A DNA stretch of 64,000 nt, taken from a virus. Lineage: Duplodnaviria > Caudoviricetes. A program made the translations under genes and the position numbers. How positions within the stretch are numbered: the stretch's first letter is position 1; the number at the start of each line of letters is the position of its first letter. The stretch covers positions 1,422 to 65,421 of IMG/VR virus record IMGVR_UViG_3300043409_001505; one strand, written 5' to 3'. Below the pieces are notes generated by a model, which was not told where the DNA came from, searched no databases, and saw nothing but the letters and a program-made list of their open reading frames with translations. Shown here piece by piece: positions 1 to 11,188 of the stretch.

Positions 1-229
1 TATTACAAATTACATCTGAATTAAATAAAAGATGGTTATACATTTCTAAAAGTTGTAACTTTTCATCATTATTTAAATCTATACAACAATCTTGTAATAA
101 ATTGTATATAATATCAAGTATATAAATATCATCAGGAGTCATCGATTTACCAATTCTATTTTTATTATACTCTTTAGATAAAGAATTAATTAATGTAGAA
201 TAATGTAATTTTTCATTTAATTGTTGCAT
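1..229 (-). CDS. Partial CDS (runs off window), probable small tail/hub structural protein
   Basis: Hand translation from ATG at 229: MQQLNEKLHYSTLINSLSKEYNKNRIGK..., open to the window edge; follows the structural operon. Confidence 0.55.
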   Translation of the reverse strand, partial: MQQLNEKLHYSTLINSLSKEYNKNRIGKSMTPDDIYILDIIYNLLQDCCIDLNNDEKLQLLEMYNHLLFNSDVICN

Positions 230-236
230 AACTTAG

Positions 237-818
237 TTATTGTTGTGTAAATTTACTACATGAACTGCACGCAACAGTTTCACAATTTTTACATTTAGAA
301 ATATTACAAATCTTTTTAAGATCGTTTAACATTTCGATAGCTTGTGTATAATAACCAACCTCTATTGATTTTTGAATACCATCTATTAATAGATTCACTA
401 CTACTACTAAATTACTATCATAAGTATTTATAGATGTAGTTTTGACACTTTTATTAAAATTCAATAAGTAATTCAGCATACATTTATAATACGGTTGTAA
501 ATTATATGTAATACCTAATGCAGGATCTTGACAGGTGGTACATGGTTGAGAACTTACGTAATTACTTGTAATTTCAGTAAACCAAATATCGTCAAAAGAT
601 TTAATATTTAACTCCTCTGCATTTACTAGAAAAACTTCTTTATTGTTAATTTGTTCTAATTTATACGTTAAATTAAAACTTTTAGAATAATCTTTAAAAG
701 TAAGATTGTTCCATAGTTGGATAGATGTTATCAAACTTCCTTCTGCAGTTTCTACATCTATCGCTAACTGTTGACCATCGTTTAATATTTCAAAATTATT
801 TATTTTTACAGATCCCAT
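237..818 (-). CDS. Crassvirales structural protein, tail hub-like by synteny, Cys-rich C-terminus
   Basis: 193 aa; downstream of the auxiliary capsid gene; CxxC clusters. Confidence 0.5.
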   Translation of the reverse strand: MGSVKINNFEILNDGQQLAIDVETAEGSLITSIQLWNNLTFKDYSKSFNLTYKLEQINNKEVFLVNAEELNIKSFDDIWFTEITSNYVSSQPCTTCQDPALGITYNLQPYYKCMLNYLLNFNKSVKTTSINTYDSNLVVVVNLLIDGIQKSIEVGYYTQAIEMLNDLKKICNISKCKNCETVACSSCSKFTQQ

Positions 819-828
819 ATTTTTATAT

Positions 829-876
829 AAAAAAAAGGCTGACTGCGTACATCTTAATGTTTACAATCAGCCTTTT
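829..876 (-). terminator. Rho-independent terminator
   Basis: AAGGCTGA...TCAGCCTT stem with T-run on the minus strand. Confidence 0.75.
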
Positions 877-896
877 AGGTTATTTAATTTATTTTA

Positions 897-1901
897 TTAC
901 ACTACTGGTAAGTTAGCAGGAACTGTTGCATAGGTATCAACTGCAGTTCTAATTGAAGTAAGAATTGCATTTGTATTAGCATTGTTAGCTAATGTGTCAG
1001 TTACTTTATCTACAGCAATTGTTAATACTTTATACTGACGCTCTACACCAACAGATGTGTTAGGTACATAGTGTTTAATATGTATAAGGTTATACACACC
1101 TGCTTTAGAAGCATAAACTGGTGTACTATCAAAGTTTGCTGGATAACCATAATCTCTTGCGGGATCATATTTAAATCCTTTAAGAACATATTCCGCATTA
1201 GTAACCCATTTACCAGTTCCTGAACCAGGTTTTGGTGCAGTTACTTGAGTAGTAGTTAATAGTCCAAGATTTGAACCATTCCCATTCGTAGGTACATTTT
1301 CAAAAACTTTACCTTTAACAGTAAATTGTAATTTACGTCCAGTATCTTTACCAGGTTTGTTTACCTGAATTTTTTCAGTAATCAAAATACCTGTACCATC
1401 AGCAACTGCTGTGAATTCATCTGATCCACGATTAGATAAATTTTTATTTAAAGACTTCAAAACTCCATCTCTAACAGTTGTTGCAGTATCGGAACCTAGT
1501 ATTTGACCTGTTACGTAATATCCTGGAATAACTGTGAAGTTTTCAGGGGATAATTGATCCTCCAACCTAACTTCGACTTCATAGGTTCTTTTAGCTGCTA
1601 CAACACCTGCTGTGTTGAAACCATCTATCTTATAAGAACCTAATACTTCAGGAGAGTAAGCCGATACTGTAACTTTATCTACATATTTAGGATCTACTTT
1701 ATCAGAGAATTCAAATCCTCCAGGAATTCCGTCTGCTTTTTGCAACACATAGAAAGGTTTCTTAGCTGCAACATTCGTACCATCTTTAGATAATACTTTT
1801 AATTCTTTGTCTGATGCTGATGCAATAAAAGTAGGTACCGTTGTTTCTGTAGCTACGGCATTTCCAATCATCATCTCGCCAACCTGAAAAGGTGTAAACA
1901 T
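897..1901 (-). CDS. Probable auxiliary capsid protein (crAss001 gp36-like by size and synteny)
   Basis: 334 aa, Thr/Ala/Val/Gly-rich, own terminator, conserved position after MCP block. Confidence 0.6.
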   Translation of the reverse strand: MFTPFQVGEMMIGNAVATETTVPTFIASASDKELKVLSKDGTNVAAKKPFYVLQKADGIPGGFEFSDKVDPKYVDKVTVSAYSPEVLGSYKIDGFNTAGVVAAKRTYEVEVRLEDQLSPENFTVIPGYYVTGQILGSDTATTVRDGVLKSLNKNLSNRGSDEFTAVADGTGILITEKIQVNKPGKDTGRKLQFTVKGKVFENVPTNGNGSNLGLLTTTQVTAPKPGSGTGKWVTNAEYVLKGFKYDPARDYGYPANFDSTPVYASKAGVYNLIHIKHYVPNTSVGVERQYKVLTIAVDKVTDTLANNANTNAILTSIRTAVDTYATVPANLPVV

Positions 1902-1929
1902 AGTTTAATTTGTTTTAATTTATAATAAT

Positions 1930-2676
1930 TTATTCATTGGTTTGGCTCATTTGAGCCTTTACTTGTAAACCTTGAGGTTTGTAGTCTGCTAGTGCAAGTA
2001 ACACCGCTCTATCTAATATTTCCCTACAAATTTCTGTATTTAATTCACAAGGTGTTTCTGCAAATATTCCATCAATTGTCAAATTGTCTAATGGGAACGC
2101 AGTATTTAAATTTGTAATAACGATAGGTTTTGGGTATTTAACATATCTAATTTGATATTCTAAAGAACCTGTTATATTATACGGAGATATAATTTCAACA
2201 ACTTTTACACCATTTACGTTTGATAAATCTAATCTCCAAGCATTTGAAGAATTTGGTTTTTCAAAAGGGTTATTAATTTGAACATTATACTCATCATAAG
2301 ATATCGGTTTAATAGATAATGTTTTACCAGTATAACAATCTTCAGAAGTTATTTTAGCTTTCTCATTAACTATTAAAAATAAATCATCTGGTAATAAATA
2401 ATACTTAGCTTCAGAATCAATGTTTGAAGTATTAGTTATTGTTGTAGATGTTTTATAATCTTTGACTAATTGATTTAAATCTCTACGTCTTTTTTCAGTA
2501 GCTTCAAAACCTTTTTGTTTACGATTGTTTAAAGGATCGTAGTAGTTTTTAACTAATTCTAATTGAGCACGAGTCAAATAAACACTAAGCTCATAATCAT
2601 CGATTCCTGGAGCAGAGTTACTTGCAATTGCATTGTAAGATATTAAAAATTCTTGCTTCAGTTCCTGATTAGTCAT
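1930..2676 (-). CDS. Probable tail ring / head-tail connector protein
   Basis: 248 aa; YNAIASNSAPG, ELSVYLTRAQ, YxIRYVKYPKPI, CELN..EILDRAV pattern typical of crAss ring proteins. Confidence 0.6.
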   Translation of the reverse strand: MTNQELKQEFLISYNAIASNSAPGIDDYELSVYLTRAQLELVKNYYDPLNNRKQKGFEATEKRRRDLNQLVKDYKTSTTITNTSNIDSEAKYYLLPDDLFLIVNEKAKITSEDCYTGKTLSIKPISYDEYNVQINNPFEKPNSSNAWRLDLSNVNGVKVVEIISPYNITGSLEYQIRYVKYPKPIVITNLNTAFPLDNLTIDGIFAETPCELNTEICREILDRAVLLALADYKPQGLQVKAQMSQTNE

Positions 2677-2678
2677 AA

Positions 2679-3536
2679 TTATTTAATTTTTTCTATTTTA
2701 GCAGTTATCAAACTTCTAACATCTTGATTTTTTACGTTATCCAAATATGCTACAGCATTATCAAATGTTGCAATTTCTCCAGAATTACAAAGATCTAAAC
2801 CATCTATAGTTGAATACTTATTTGATTTTTTTATAATAATACCTTTATCGATACCAACGTTAATTAATATCTTTGTATAAAGAGTTTTATCATTCATTAT
2901 GCTTACAAATTTAGAAGGCTCATTATCAATAAATTCCTCTAATTTATGTTGTAACCATTCTAATTTAGATTCTGGTGATAAAGGTTTATTTGTAAGTAAT
3001 TTAAGAACGCTAAGTAATTTATCCTTATCATCTTCAATTTTACCATACATTTTAAATGCTTCTTTCTTAGCATCATATTTACCTTTGGATTCTAGCATTT
3101 CCTCATTCTCTCTACAAATTGCAAATTGATAAGTTTGTTTAACATTGCGACTTGCCCAATTAGGAGACACTTCGTTTTTCAACGATTCTAAAATTTTATA
3201 TGATATATAATCCATAGGGTTACTTAGATCAAATCTATTGTTAGCATCTTCTTTATGTAAAGCAACTCTAAATGTATTCCAAAAATCACCATATACAGAT
3301 AAATTCAAACCTGTAACATGTTCTAAATATTCTTTTTCGTCTGTTGTTAAAATATTAGCAATCGATCCATTCCTCATAAGAGGTGTGCAAAATTTACGAA
3401 CAGCTTTTGATAGCAAACCACCTGAAATTACATGGTTTTTATCAACATTAGCAGCCATTCCTCTATTTCTATGTATATATCTAACTACGACTACTTCATC
3501 TGGTAACGTAAAGTTATTCTTTAATGTTTTTTCCAT
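2679..3536 (-). CDS. Conserved Crassvirales protein downstream of MCP (gene 75-like)
   Basis: 285 aa; DLSNPMDYISYKIL motif; synteny. Confidence 0.6.
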   Translation of the reverse strand: MEKTLKNNFTLPDEVVVVRYIHRNRGMAANVDKNHVISGGLLSKAVRKFCTPLMRNGSIANILTTDEKEYLEHVTGLNLSVYGDFWNTFRVALHKEDANNRFDLSNPMDYISYKILESLKNEVSPNWASRNVKQTYQFAICRENEEMLESKGKYDAKKEAFKMYGKIEDDKDKLLSVLKLLTNKPLSPESKLEWLQHKLEEFIDNEPSKFVSIMNDKTLYTKILINVGIDKGIIIKKSNKYSTIDGLDLCNSGEIATFDNAVAYLDNVKNQDVRSLITAKIEKIK

Positions 3537-3583
3537 TCTTCTTATTTATTTATCTTCTTCCGAAAGATTATTTTTTAATTATT

Positions 3584-3613
3584 AAAAAAAAGGGGGATGT
3601 GTCACCCCCTTTT
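3584..3613 (-). terminator. Terminator after the major capsid gene
   Basis: AAAGGGGG...CCCCCTTT hairpin, T-run on the minus strand. Confidence 0.8.
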
Positions 3614-3666
3614 CTTATTTACAGAGGCGTTTACAAGATAAGTTGTAAAAATTGCGCTTGATTTTA

Positions 3667-5178
3667 TTAGTTTAATATTGCTGGAATCAAACTAGCTGTA
3701 CGGCTAGCATCTTTAACTAATGAACCAACCCCTTCTACAAGAGCAGTCATTGTTGCAGAATCTTCCATTAATTGCATTGTACCACCTCTACGACCTGTAT
3801 AAGGATCTCTGATACCTGCCATATATCCACGTAATTCATCAGAACCTCTAACTTTTACTTTTTGGATATTAGGCTCTTCCATTGAACCGATATAAAGAAT
3901 GTCGTATCTGTAAGATTCAGCAACTCCTCCATCTGGATGAAGAATTTTGTTACGAACTTTATCATCATACATTGGATCAACCTCTAACATTACATGAATG
4001 TTATTAGGTGCTCTAAATTCAGTAAATTGGAAACCTGCTCCATAAGAATTACTATGGAATTTAGAAGTAGTTTTTTGAATGGCACTAGTGTTTGTATTAT
4101 CAAAACCCAATGAAGCCCATCCTGAAGCAACTTCCATTACAGCTCTATGGAATTGAGCAGCACCTCTTTCACCAGTACGCAACATGAACTTTCTTTCTCC
4201 CCAATCTAATTTACCTTCTGATAATTCAGATAGTAAATCCTCTAATATACGAATAGAAAATCTATTGTAGTAAGTTGTGTTAGAAACTTCCATTTGCTCA
4301 CGAATCCCTGAACCAGCTTTGATTTCAATATTAGCATTACCTTTATTCAAAAATCTACCATTTTCATCACGGTTTGTTTTACCAAACATGATTGTACGAG
4401 ATTTGATACGAGATAAAGCTTTTTCAAACTGCCAGTAAACCTCTTGCATCCAAGTTGTAGAACTATGTACTTTACCAGTGTTAGGATCTCTTGTTTCAAT
4501 ACCTGCATGATATACTGGTTGAATTTTACAATCAATCATAGCTCCAGAAACTTTATGTTCCATACGGATTGAAGTAACAGAATTTCTCATTAAGAAAGGA
4601 GAGGTAAATTGAATACCAGCACCTTGGATTGATAACTCATCTTCAACAGGGGCACCCTCGATAGAGAATCTATTTCCTGGTAAAAACTCATCTCCAGGAA
4701 TACCTAGTAATGATTCTTGACCACCCCATACTTCACAAGTATAAACATAATTAGAACCTTCTTCGTAAGGTTCTTCAACAATTCTCATTTGATATGTATC
4801 AGGTCTGTTACCTGCAATCAAATGCATTTTTGTAAACCATTTTTCAGCGAACACCATTTCAAAGGTACCTCTGGCTGCACCTACACCTACTGTATTAGCA
4901 TCAACAATAGAACCATTCCATCTAGCTTCAACCAATCCTATATTACGTTCATCCGAACCAACAACTTTCCATACAAAATCATCTGCCGTAGCTATAATTT
5001 TTTCAGGAAATAAAGATAAAGTTGTATCTAAATTTTTCATTCCTGAATTTTGCAATAACACAGTGGTTAATGGCGAAATTAATTGCGGTTGAGACCCGAA
5101 CAATTGAGAGATGTGGTTTTTTAAAGTAAGTCCAGACCAAGCTTGCGATTTGGTCATGATAAATTTACCTGCACTCAT
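3667..5178 (-). CDS. Major capsid protein (Crassvirales type)
   Basis: 503 aa; WSGLTxxNH N-terminus, GSGIREQ, DPMYDD, HPDGGVAESYRYDI motifs. Confidence 0.9.
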   Translation of the reverse strand: MSAGKFIMTKSQAWSGLTLKNHISQLFGSQPQLISPLTTVLLQNSGMKNLDTTLSLFPEKIIATADDFVWKVVGSDERNIGLVEARWNGSIVDANTVGVGAARGTFEMVFAEKWFTKMHLIAGNRPDTYQMRIVEEPYEEGSNYVYTCEVWGGQESLLGIPGDEFLPGNRFSIEGAPVEDELSIQGAGIQFTSPFLMRNSVTSIRMEHKVSGAMIDCKIQPVYHAGIETRDPNTGKVHSSTTWMQEVYWQFEKALSRIKSRTIMFGKTNRDENGRFLNKGNANIEIKAGSGIREQMEVSNTTYYNRFSIRILEDLLSELSEGKLDWGERKFMLRTGERGAAQFHRAVMEVASGWASLGFDNTNTSAIQKTTSKFHSNSYGAGFQFTEFRAPNNIHVMLEVDPMYDDKVRNKILHPDGGVAESYRYDILYIGSMEEPNIQKVKVRGSDELRGYMAGIRDPYTGRRGGTMQLMEDSATMTALVEGVGSLVKDASRTASLIPAILN

Positions 5179-5251
5179 ATTTATTTATTTGTTTTTTATA
5201 GTTACTTGTTAATTTCAGATATTTAACGTAACTTTTAAATACCTGTTTTCA

Positions 5252-6334
5252 TTATATGTTTAATACGTGTCCAGAAAAATTATCATACGTATTAGAATCT
5301 TGTTGCCATAATGGTGTACCGTTATCTTTTAATCTAGTTTGTCTTGCAATCTTTTCCAAATCTTTAACTGCGCTCGATTTAGCAGTTGTTGAAATTTTAC
5401 CTAAATCTTTAAATCCATTTGTAAGTTCATAAAAATGATACATTCTTATTTCAAATTCTAATGGGTTTTCTCTTCGTTCTTTCATGAACTTATTCTCAAA
5501 AGTACCATCTGGAGATTTACCTACAATATCGTTAATAGATTTATAAACTTTATCCTGTAAAGCTTTATTAGGTTTTAAACCTGTAATTAAATCTTTAGTT
5601 TCATAAATAGTTTTCTTCATTTGCTCATCTAACTTAACTTGTTCAATCTTCTCAGATTCCAATCTAGCTTTATAAGCAGTAGCTTCTTTTTCAATTTCAC
5701 GATTTTTAAACTCTTTAAGACTTTCTAAGGATTCTTCAGCATCTTCTAAAATTGCATCTTCTCCTAAATCAATTAATCGGTTTAATAATCTATTAGCTTT
5801 CTTATCGTCTAAACCTTGATTAATATAATCATCATAAATTATACGTTTAGCTAATTCAATATCATTTTTTAATAAATCATTATTAATTGAATTTAAATCA
5901 TTAATTTCTTTTTTAGCGACACCAATTTTATTTAAATCTATATTAGCTAAATAGTCATTGAATTTTATTTCAGCTTGAATATCTAATTCTTTACTGAAAG
6001 CATTTGCAAAATCATCTGCAGATTTAATATCTTTTAAATCGATGTCAAGAGAAGGTAGCAATCCTTGTTCGTGAACAAAGGCGGCTAAAGAAGAATATAA
6101 GTTGGAAGAAGACTCACCGTCATCACCACCTTCACCTTCAACATCTTCCTCGTCTACTTCCTCTGAACTATCGTTCTCAACGGGTTTATTATTATTTTCT
6201 AATGCATCATCTGCATTTACATCCTCATTGTTTTCTTCTCCTTCGGCTAGATCATCTTCAGGTATATCAAAATTAAAATTTAATTCTTGACCCCCTTCAA
6301 ATAAACCCATACCTAATTCATTATCGTCTTCCAT
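5252..6334 (-). CDS. Acidic scaffolding-like protein
   Basis: 360 aa, D/E-rich N-terminus, coiled coil; lies between portal and MCP. Confidence 0.65.
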   Translation of the reverse strand: MEDDNELGMGLFEGGQELNFNFDIPEDDLAEGEENNEDVNADDALENNNKPVENDSSEEVDEEDVEGEGGDDGESSSNLYSSLAAFVHEQGLLPSLDIDLKDIKSADDFANAFSKELDIQAEIKFNDYLANIDLNKIGVAKKEINDLNSINNDLLKNDIELAKRIIYDDYINQGLDDKKANRLLNRLIDLGEDAILEDAEESLESLKEFKNREIEKEATAYKARLESEKIEQVKLDEQMKKTIYETKDLITGLKPNKALQDKVYKSINDIVGKSPDGTFENKFMKERRENPLEFEIRMYHFYELTNGFKDLGKISTTAKSSAVKDLEKIARQTRLKDNGTPLWQQDSNTYDNFSGHVLNI

Positions 6335-6452
6335 TCGATTATATGTATGTGTTAATATATTTTATTCTAAGTATGTAAAGATACTAAATTCTATAAGCGA
6401 AAACAACTAAAAATTAAATTATCTTTAGTTGTTTAATTTCCGCCCATAGCGT

Positions 6453-8849
6453 TTATGCACTTGTCTTTTTCTTAATTTTTGAGATTTGATTAGATTCTTT
6501 CTTCAATTCTACGTTATCAGCATGTTTAATCATATCATTATCTAACGCTTTTAATTTAAGATTGTAATCAGATCTAGCTTTATTTATATCAAATTGAAAC
6601 TTCTCTTGTTCCAAAGGGTCTCCAATACCATCGTCAGTTACACCGTCGCTACCAACTTCACGTCCTAATTCAGCAACATATCTTCTAGTATCATTATCCC
6701 TTTGATTCTTCAAATCTTCAAGTTGAAGTTTTTGCTGTTCTAATTGAGCTTGTGCAGCATTAGCTTCTTGTTGAATCTTATTAGCTTCTTGAGCTTGTTG
6801 AGATTGATTTTGTTGCATCTGCTCTTCCGCGATTTCTAACTTACGTCTCATATCCATTAGTGATGGACTAAAGTAAATATCCATGATAGTAGTCATTGAC
6901 CCACCATTTTGAATAAATGCTTGAGCATACTGCTTGATAGCTTGTTCGAGCTCAATTATCTTAGGTGTGTTAGATACTAATAATCCATAATCAGATTCGG
7001 CAAATGTTTCACCTTCCATATTAAGAACCTCAATAGTTTGATCATCTAATATATATTGAACCTTTTTATTTTCAATATCTTTTAATGCAATTTTAGCGGT
7101 TTCTAAGAATGCTTCTAATACTCTAATTTTAACAGCTTCGTGTTGCATATACCAATATTCAGTAATATGACTAGATTGATTTACAGAACGTTCAACTCCA
7201 CCAACAGTTTCTCTATTAGAAATTTGACCTTCACGTTGTCTTGATACACCACAAAGTTCACCCATTTCCATTTTAATGAATTCAAGTAATTGTATATGTT
7301 GTTGTATGTAAGCACCCGTTTCCATATCAATAACAGACTGTCCTTGATTTTGCATATTACCTGCAAGTTTACCAGTAGACATTCCGTGTTGACCTTCTTT
7401 AAACGAATCTACTACAGCAATTTTATTCACTACTGCAAAATGCATCCATTTTTCAATTTCCCAGTTAGCTGGAACTTGTGCTAAATCTAAACGCATTATT
7501 CGACCATAATTAGAAGCAATAGCTTTATTAAGTCTATCAAACATTGCGTCATACATATACTGAAAGTTTTTAGCTCTATCTACTAAAGATATTGCTTTAC
7601 CTTGATTTGTATTATATATTTGACCAATTACTCCTAAATGACCTCGTGATGGATTATTAGCTTTTACATATTGAACTTGAAGAGGTCTCATTTTGAGATA
7701 AATATCTTTACCTAACTTAACACCTTCCCAACCTTCAGATACCCAAAAGTCAGTGGATTCTTCACCTAATACTTTGTCAACCTTATACTCTTCAGATTCA
7801 AATCTAAATTGCTCATCACCATACTCATCGTAAAATTTAATCTTTTTAATTCTGCGCAATGATTTCCATCTAACCTTTAATTCTCTAATATTACCGTTTT
7901 CATCAGTATAATTACTATTAAAGTAATGACCATTTAACTCAGCCATTTGGGAAATACTATTAAACATTCCTGCAGAATCTGTACGATCTCTAAACAACGT
8001 ATGATTATCATAATCTTCAGAATATGTCCCATTACTAGATCTTGTTGAATATTCTAATAGATAATCAATCTCTTCAGGTTTAAGTTCGTCATAATATTCA
8101 TCCACAAGTTGGTTAGGTGATTTGTGATCCTCCATTATAATAATATCTGCATCTTCAAATCGATTAGAATTACCAGTTCTAACAGCATGAACTTTTAATG
8201 GATTCAGTCTTTCAAATGTAGGTTCCCCATGAGAGATATCAACTAAGTAGATTTCTTCTGCGACAAGTAATGCATCTTTAAAACCTTCTGTAAATTTTTC
8301 ACTAAACTTCAGTTCTTGCCAATAATGTCTAAGGATTTGATTAGCCATTTTTTCACGAAGGTCTTGCCATGAATATTTCATGTACTTACCTAATTCCTCC
8401 ATCTTTTGTTTCAACTCATCCTCTTGGTAGTTTTCTTCTAGCATCCTACTAAGTTTATCAAATAAGAATTTCTTCTTATCGTCTTCTTTCTTAGTAATTG
8501 CATCAGGATTAGTTACAATAACAGACCAATCAAACCTACGTTTAATTTCTTCTCCTACTAACAAATCTATTTTGGGAACTATAATTGGTATGTGAGGAAT
8601 CTGTTTAGGTGTATAACTAGCTTCCAAATGATGAGGATTAATAACCGCAGTCAAATCCTCCATATCTAAAATTCCATTATAAAGATTATAATTTATAACT
8701 TTATTTTTAAAAGATCTTCTAACACTATCATCGTGGTAGAATGAGTATTTATCGCTGAAATCAATGTTGTCCTTACGCCAATCTTTACCTTTTTTATTAT
8801 AAGGTAATCTTTGTCGAGGTTGTTGAACTCTTAAATTTCTTCCTTCCAT
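6453..8849 (-). CDS. Portal protein
   Basis: 798 aa; PKIDLLVGEE, GVSRQREGQI..RETVGGVERSV motifs; Q-rich C-terminal coil. Confidence 0.9.
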   Translation of the reverse strand: MEGRNLRVQQPRQRLPYNKKGKDWRKDNIDFSDKYSFYHDDSVRRSFKNKVINYNLYNGILDMEDLTAVINPHHLEASYTPKQIPHIPIIVPKIDLLVGEEIKRRFDWSVIVTNPDAITKKEDDKKKFLFDKLSRMLEENYQEDELKQKMEELGKYMKYSWQDLREKMANQILRHYWQELKFSEKFTEGFKDALLVAEEIYLVDISHGEPTFERLNPLKVHAVRTGNSNRFEDADIIIMEDHKSPNQLVDEYYDELKPEEIDYLLEYSTRSSNGTYSEDYDNHTLFRDRTDSAGMFNSISQMAELNGHYFNSNYTDENGNIRELKVRWKSLRRIKKIKFYDEYGDEQFRFESEEYKVDKVLGEESTDFWVSEGWEGVKLGKDIYLKMRPLQVQYVKANNPSRGHLGVIGQIYNTNQGKAISLVDRAKNFQYMYDAMFDRLNKAIASNYGRIMRLDLAQVPANWEIEKWMHFAVVNKIAVVDSFKEGQHGMSTGKLAGNMQNQGQSVIDMETGAYIQQHIQLLEFIKMEMGELCGVSRQREGQISNRETVGGVERSVNQSSHITEYWYMQHEAVKIRVLEAFLETAKIALKDIENKKVQYILDDQTIEVLNMEGETFAESDYGLLVSNTPKIIELEQAIKQYAQAFIQNGGSMTTIMDIYFSPSLMDMRRKLEIAEEQMQQNQSQQAQEANKIQQEANAAQAQLEQQKLQLEDLKNQRDNDTRRYVAELGREVGSDGVTDDGIGDPLEQEKFQFDINKARSDYNLKLKALDNDMIKHADNVELKKESNQISKIKKKTSA

Positions 8850-8917
8850 TTATCTAAATTTATTTAACTTTACAATATACAACATTTCGTATCTAAATCA
8901 AAGTGATTTATCATGTA

Positions 8918-11188
8918 TTAATAGTATATCTGTTTTTTGTCCATAGCGTTTGATTTATTAAAGTTCCTACTAAAGAATTTATCATTTGCTAAAGTATCAA
9001 TTTGTTTATCTTTATTAGCTATTGCAGATTGAGTTCGTTTATATCTATCTTCTCGAAGTATAAATAACATTCCCCCTGCAGACACTCTATCAAAATTACC
9101 ATCGGAGTTCCATTTAATACATTCTTCAATATATGCCAAACCTCTTAATGTATGAAGTTTTAATTTACCAGGGTTTTCTTCATCTTCTAAAGAAGTATTC
9201 ATCCAATCTGCTTGTAATTTTCTACCCCACTTATTAACCTCAGCATTAGCCATCGTACCTTTAGATGTGTTGCCATATCCCATATCTTTAGTCATTTGCA
9301 TATCTTTAAGAATTTGAGGTGTGTCACACAGTCTAAATAAAGCATTTTTTTTATCAAAGAAACTAAATAAACCTTTTAAGTTTTTTTCATAATTAGCTAC
9401 TGCATTATAAAATTCTAATAATCGCAATGATATTTCATAAGCTTCTTCAGCTAATCTAGGTCTTCCTGAAAACTCAGCTACAATTCTATCTGTAAATAAA
9501 TCCATTACTTGAATTGAAAATAACGAAGTTCCTGAATCAGCATCAATAGGGTCAATTCCAGCAATATACCTACCATGAGCTATTTCACCATTTGCATTTT
9601 CTGAAGGCATCTCAAATATCTCTAAACAACCTTCACGATTAGCGTTATCTTTATCATAACTTCTTAATGGGAATTTATCATTATTTAATCTCCATTTAAG
9701 TTTACCATCATTAGTTCTAACTAATTCTCCAACATAATGTTCCGCTAAGAAAGATTCTTTTTTAACCATTATAGATTCTAAATAATCTTTAAGGTCAGAT
9801 ACTGGAAATACAGTACCTTCAGTACGCATTATCGCGTCCTGCGGAGTGACACATTCTTCTGCTTTTTTCTGCGTAATTGCAGATGGATCTGTAGAACTAT
9901 ATTTAACTAAGTGTCTATCTAATAATATTTCAATTAAAGCTTTAATAATATCAGGTTCTCCTATTTCTTCATCATAACAATTTTTACGATTCATGTACGC
10001 TCCCCAAAAGAATCCACATAGTGTATCCCCATTTGCATTTTTATCAAATACATTTGGAATACCATAAACATTATATGCTCCAGGACTGTAGAATAGTTTT
10101 TCAGAACCTTCAAAAGATCCACCTTCAACTCCACCAGTTCCCATTGCAATCATAAACCCAAATGTAGTATTACCATCCTCAACAGCTTTTCTATTAACGT
10201 TCCAAGCTTTCTCTAGGTTGTTAAAAAGACCATCTTCTTCATAATGAATAAGTGGTCCACGAATACCCCTAGCTTTATCAGGATTATCTTTTAACGATAT
10301 ACCGTGTACAGAAGCTAAATTACCTTTACGGACTCCATACTCATCTTTAAATCCTAATTGTATTTCTAATGTACTACCTGCTCTATCTACAACTCTCATT
10401 CTTTCAAGTGGAGTAGTTTCTGCAATCCAGTCTAAACAATCTACAATTTTACCCCAAATACCTTTATCTCCAGATAAAAATCCTTTATCAGATGCTAAAT
10501 GAAAATTAGGATTACCAGAACCAGAATGTACGTACATATTACGAGGGCTCCAAGATGCTGCTTTAAAGCTCGCACCCACACCTCTGCATTTTAACATTTT
10601 ACCGTGTTTACCTCTACGCTTACATTGTTCAACATAATGATGAAATAAGTAATCTCCTAACCAAGGTTTAGCAAATTTACGTACACGTTCACCTTGTGAC
10701 TTAGTACCGTCAGATTGTGTACCTGCTTGTTCAACTAACCAAATTGGAGAATAGTTCCAATAGAAATATAACTCTCCAGGAATCCATTCTCCATCACTAG
10801 GTCGAACTAAACCATGTTTCCATCTATATAATTCTTGTTTCCAAAATGTACCATATTCAGATTTAGGATTTGGGTTAGGAGTAAGATTTGTATATTTACC
10901 ATGTTTCTCAAAGAATAAAGCTTTCTCTCTAAAGAAATCCATATCTTCAAGAATGTGAGGTTTAGTCAAATCAACTTCTATTCTACCATCATCGTAATCT
11001 ACAGACCTTGGTTTATCTTTAGCATAACCTCTAATCTCCTCTGTTGCAATTAAATTTTTAATAAAGGTAATCGAACTTAAAGTATCTATTAATTCTAAAT
11101 AAACTTCTCTTGGTAGTTTATTTTTAACTTCCTCGGTTAATGGGGTTTGATACCCATTCATCTTATATAAAACTTCTATTCCCTCCAT
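8918..11188 (-). CDS. terL: Terminase large subunit
   Basis: LKCRGVGAS Walker A-like, YEEDG Walker B-like, GTGG, YIAGIDP nuclease and NFDRVSA motifs. Confidence 0.9.
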   Translation of the reverse strand: MEGIEVLYKMNGYQTPLTEEVKNKLPREVYLELIDTLSSITFIKNLIATEEIRGYAKDKPRSVDYDDGRIEVDLTKPHILEDMDFFREKALFFEKHGKYTNLTPNPNPKSEYGTFWKQELYRWKHGLVRPSDGEWIPGELYFYWNYSPIWLVEQAGTQSDGTKSQGERVRKFAKPWLGDYLFHHYVEQCKRRGKHGKMLKCRGVGASFKAASWSPRNMYVHSGSGNPNFHLASDKGFLSGDKGIWGKIVDCLDWIAETTPLERMRVVDRAGSTLEIQLGFKDEYGVRKGNLASVHGISLKDNPDKARGIRGPLIHYEEDGLFNNLEKAWNVNRKAVEDGNTTFGFMIAMGTGGVEGGSFEGSEKLFYSPGAYNVYGIPNVFDKNANGDTLCGFFWGAYMNRKNCYDEEIGEPDIIKALIEILLDRHLVKYSSTDPSAITQKKAEECVTPQDAIMRTEGTVFPVSDLKDYLESIMVKKESFLAEHYVGELVRTNDGKLKWRLNNDKFPLRSYDKDNANREGCLEIFEMPSENANGEIAHGRYIAGIDPIDADSGTSLFSIQVMDLFTDRIVAEFSGRPRLAEEAYEISLRLLEFYNAVANYEKNLKGLFSFFDKKNALFRLCDTPQILKDMQMTKDMGYGNTSKGTMANAEVNKWGRKLQADWMNTSLEDEENPGKLKLHTLRGLAYIEECIKWNSDGNFDRVSAGGMLFILREDRYKRTQSAIANKDKQIDTLANDKFFSRNFNKSNAMDKKQIYY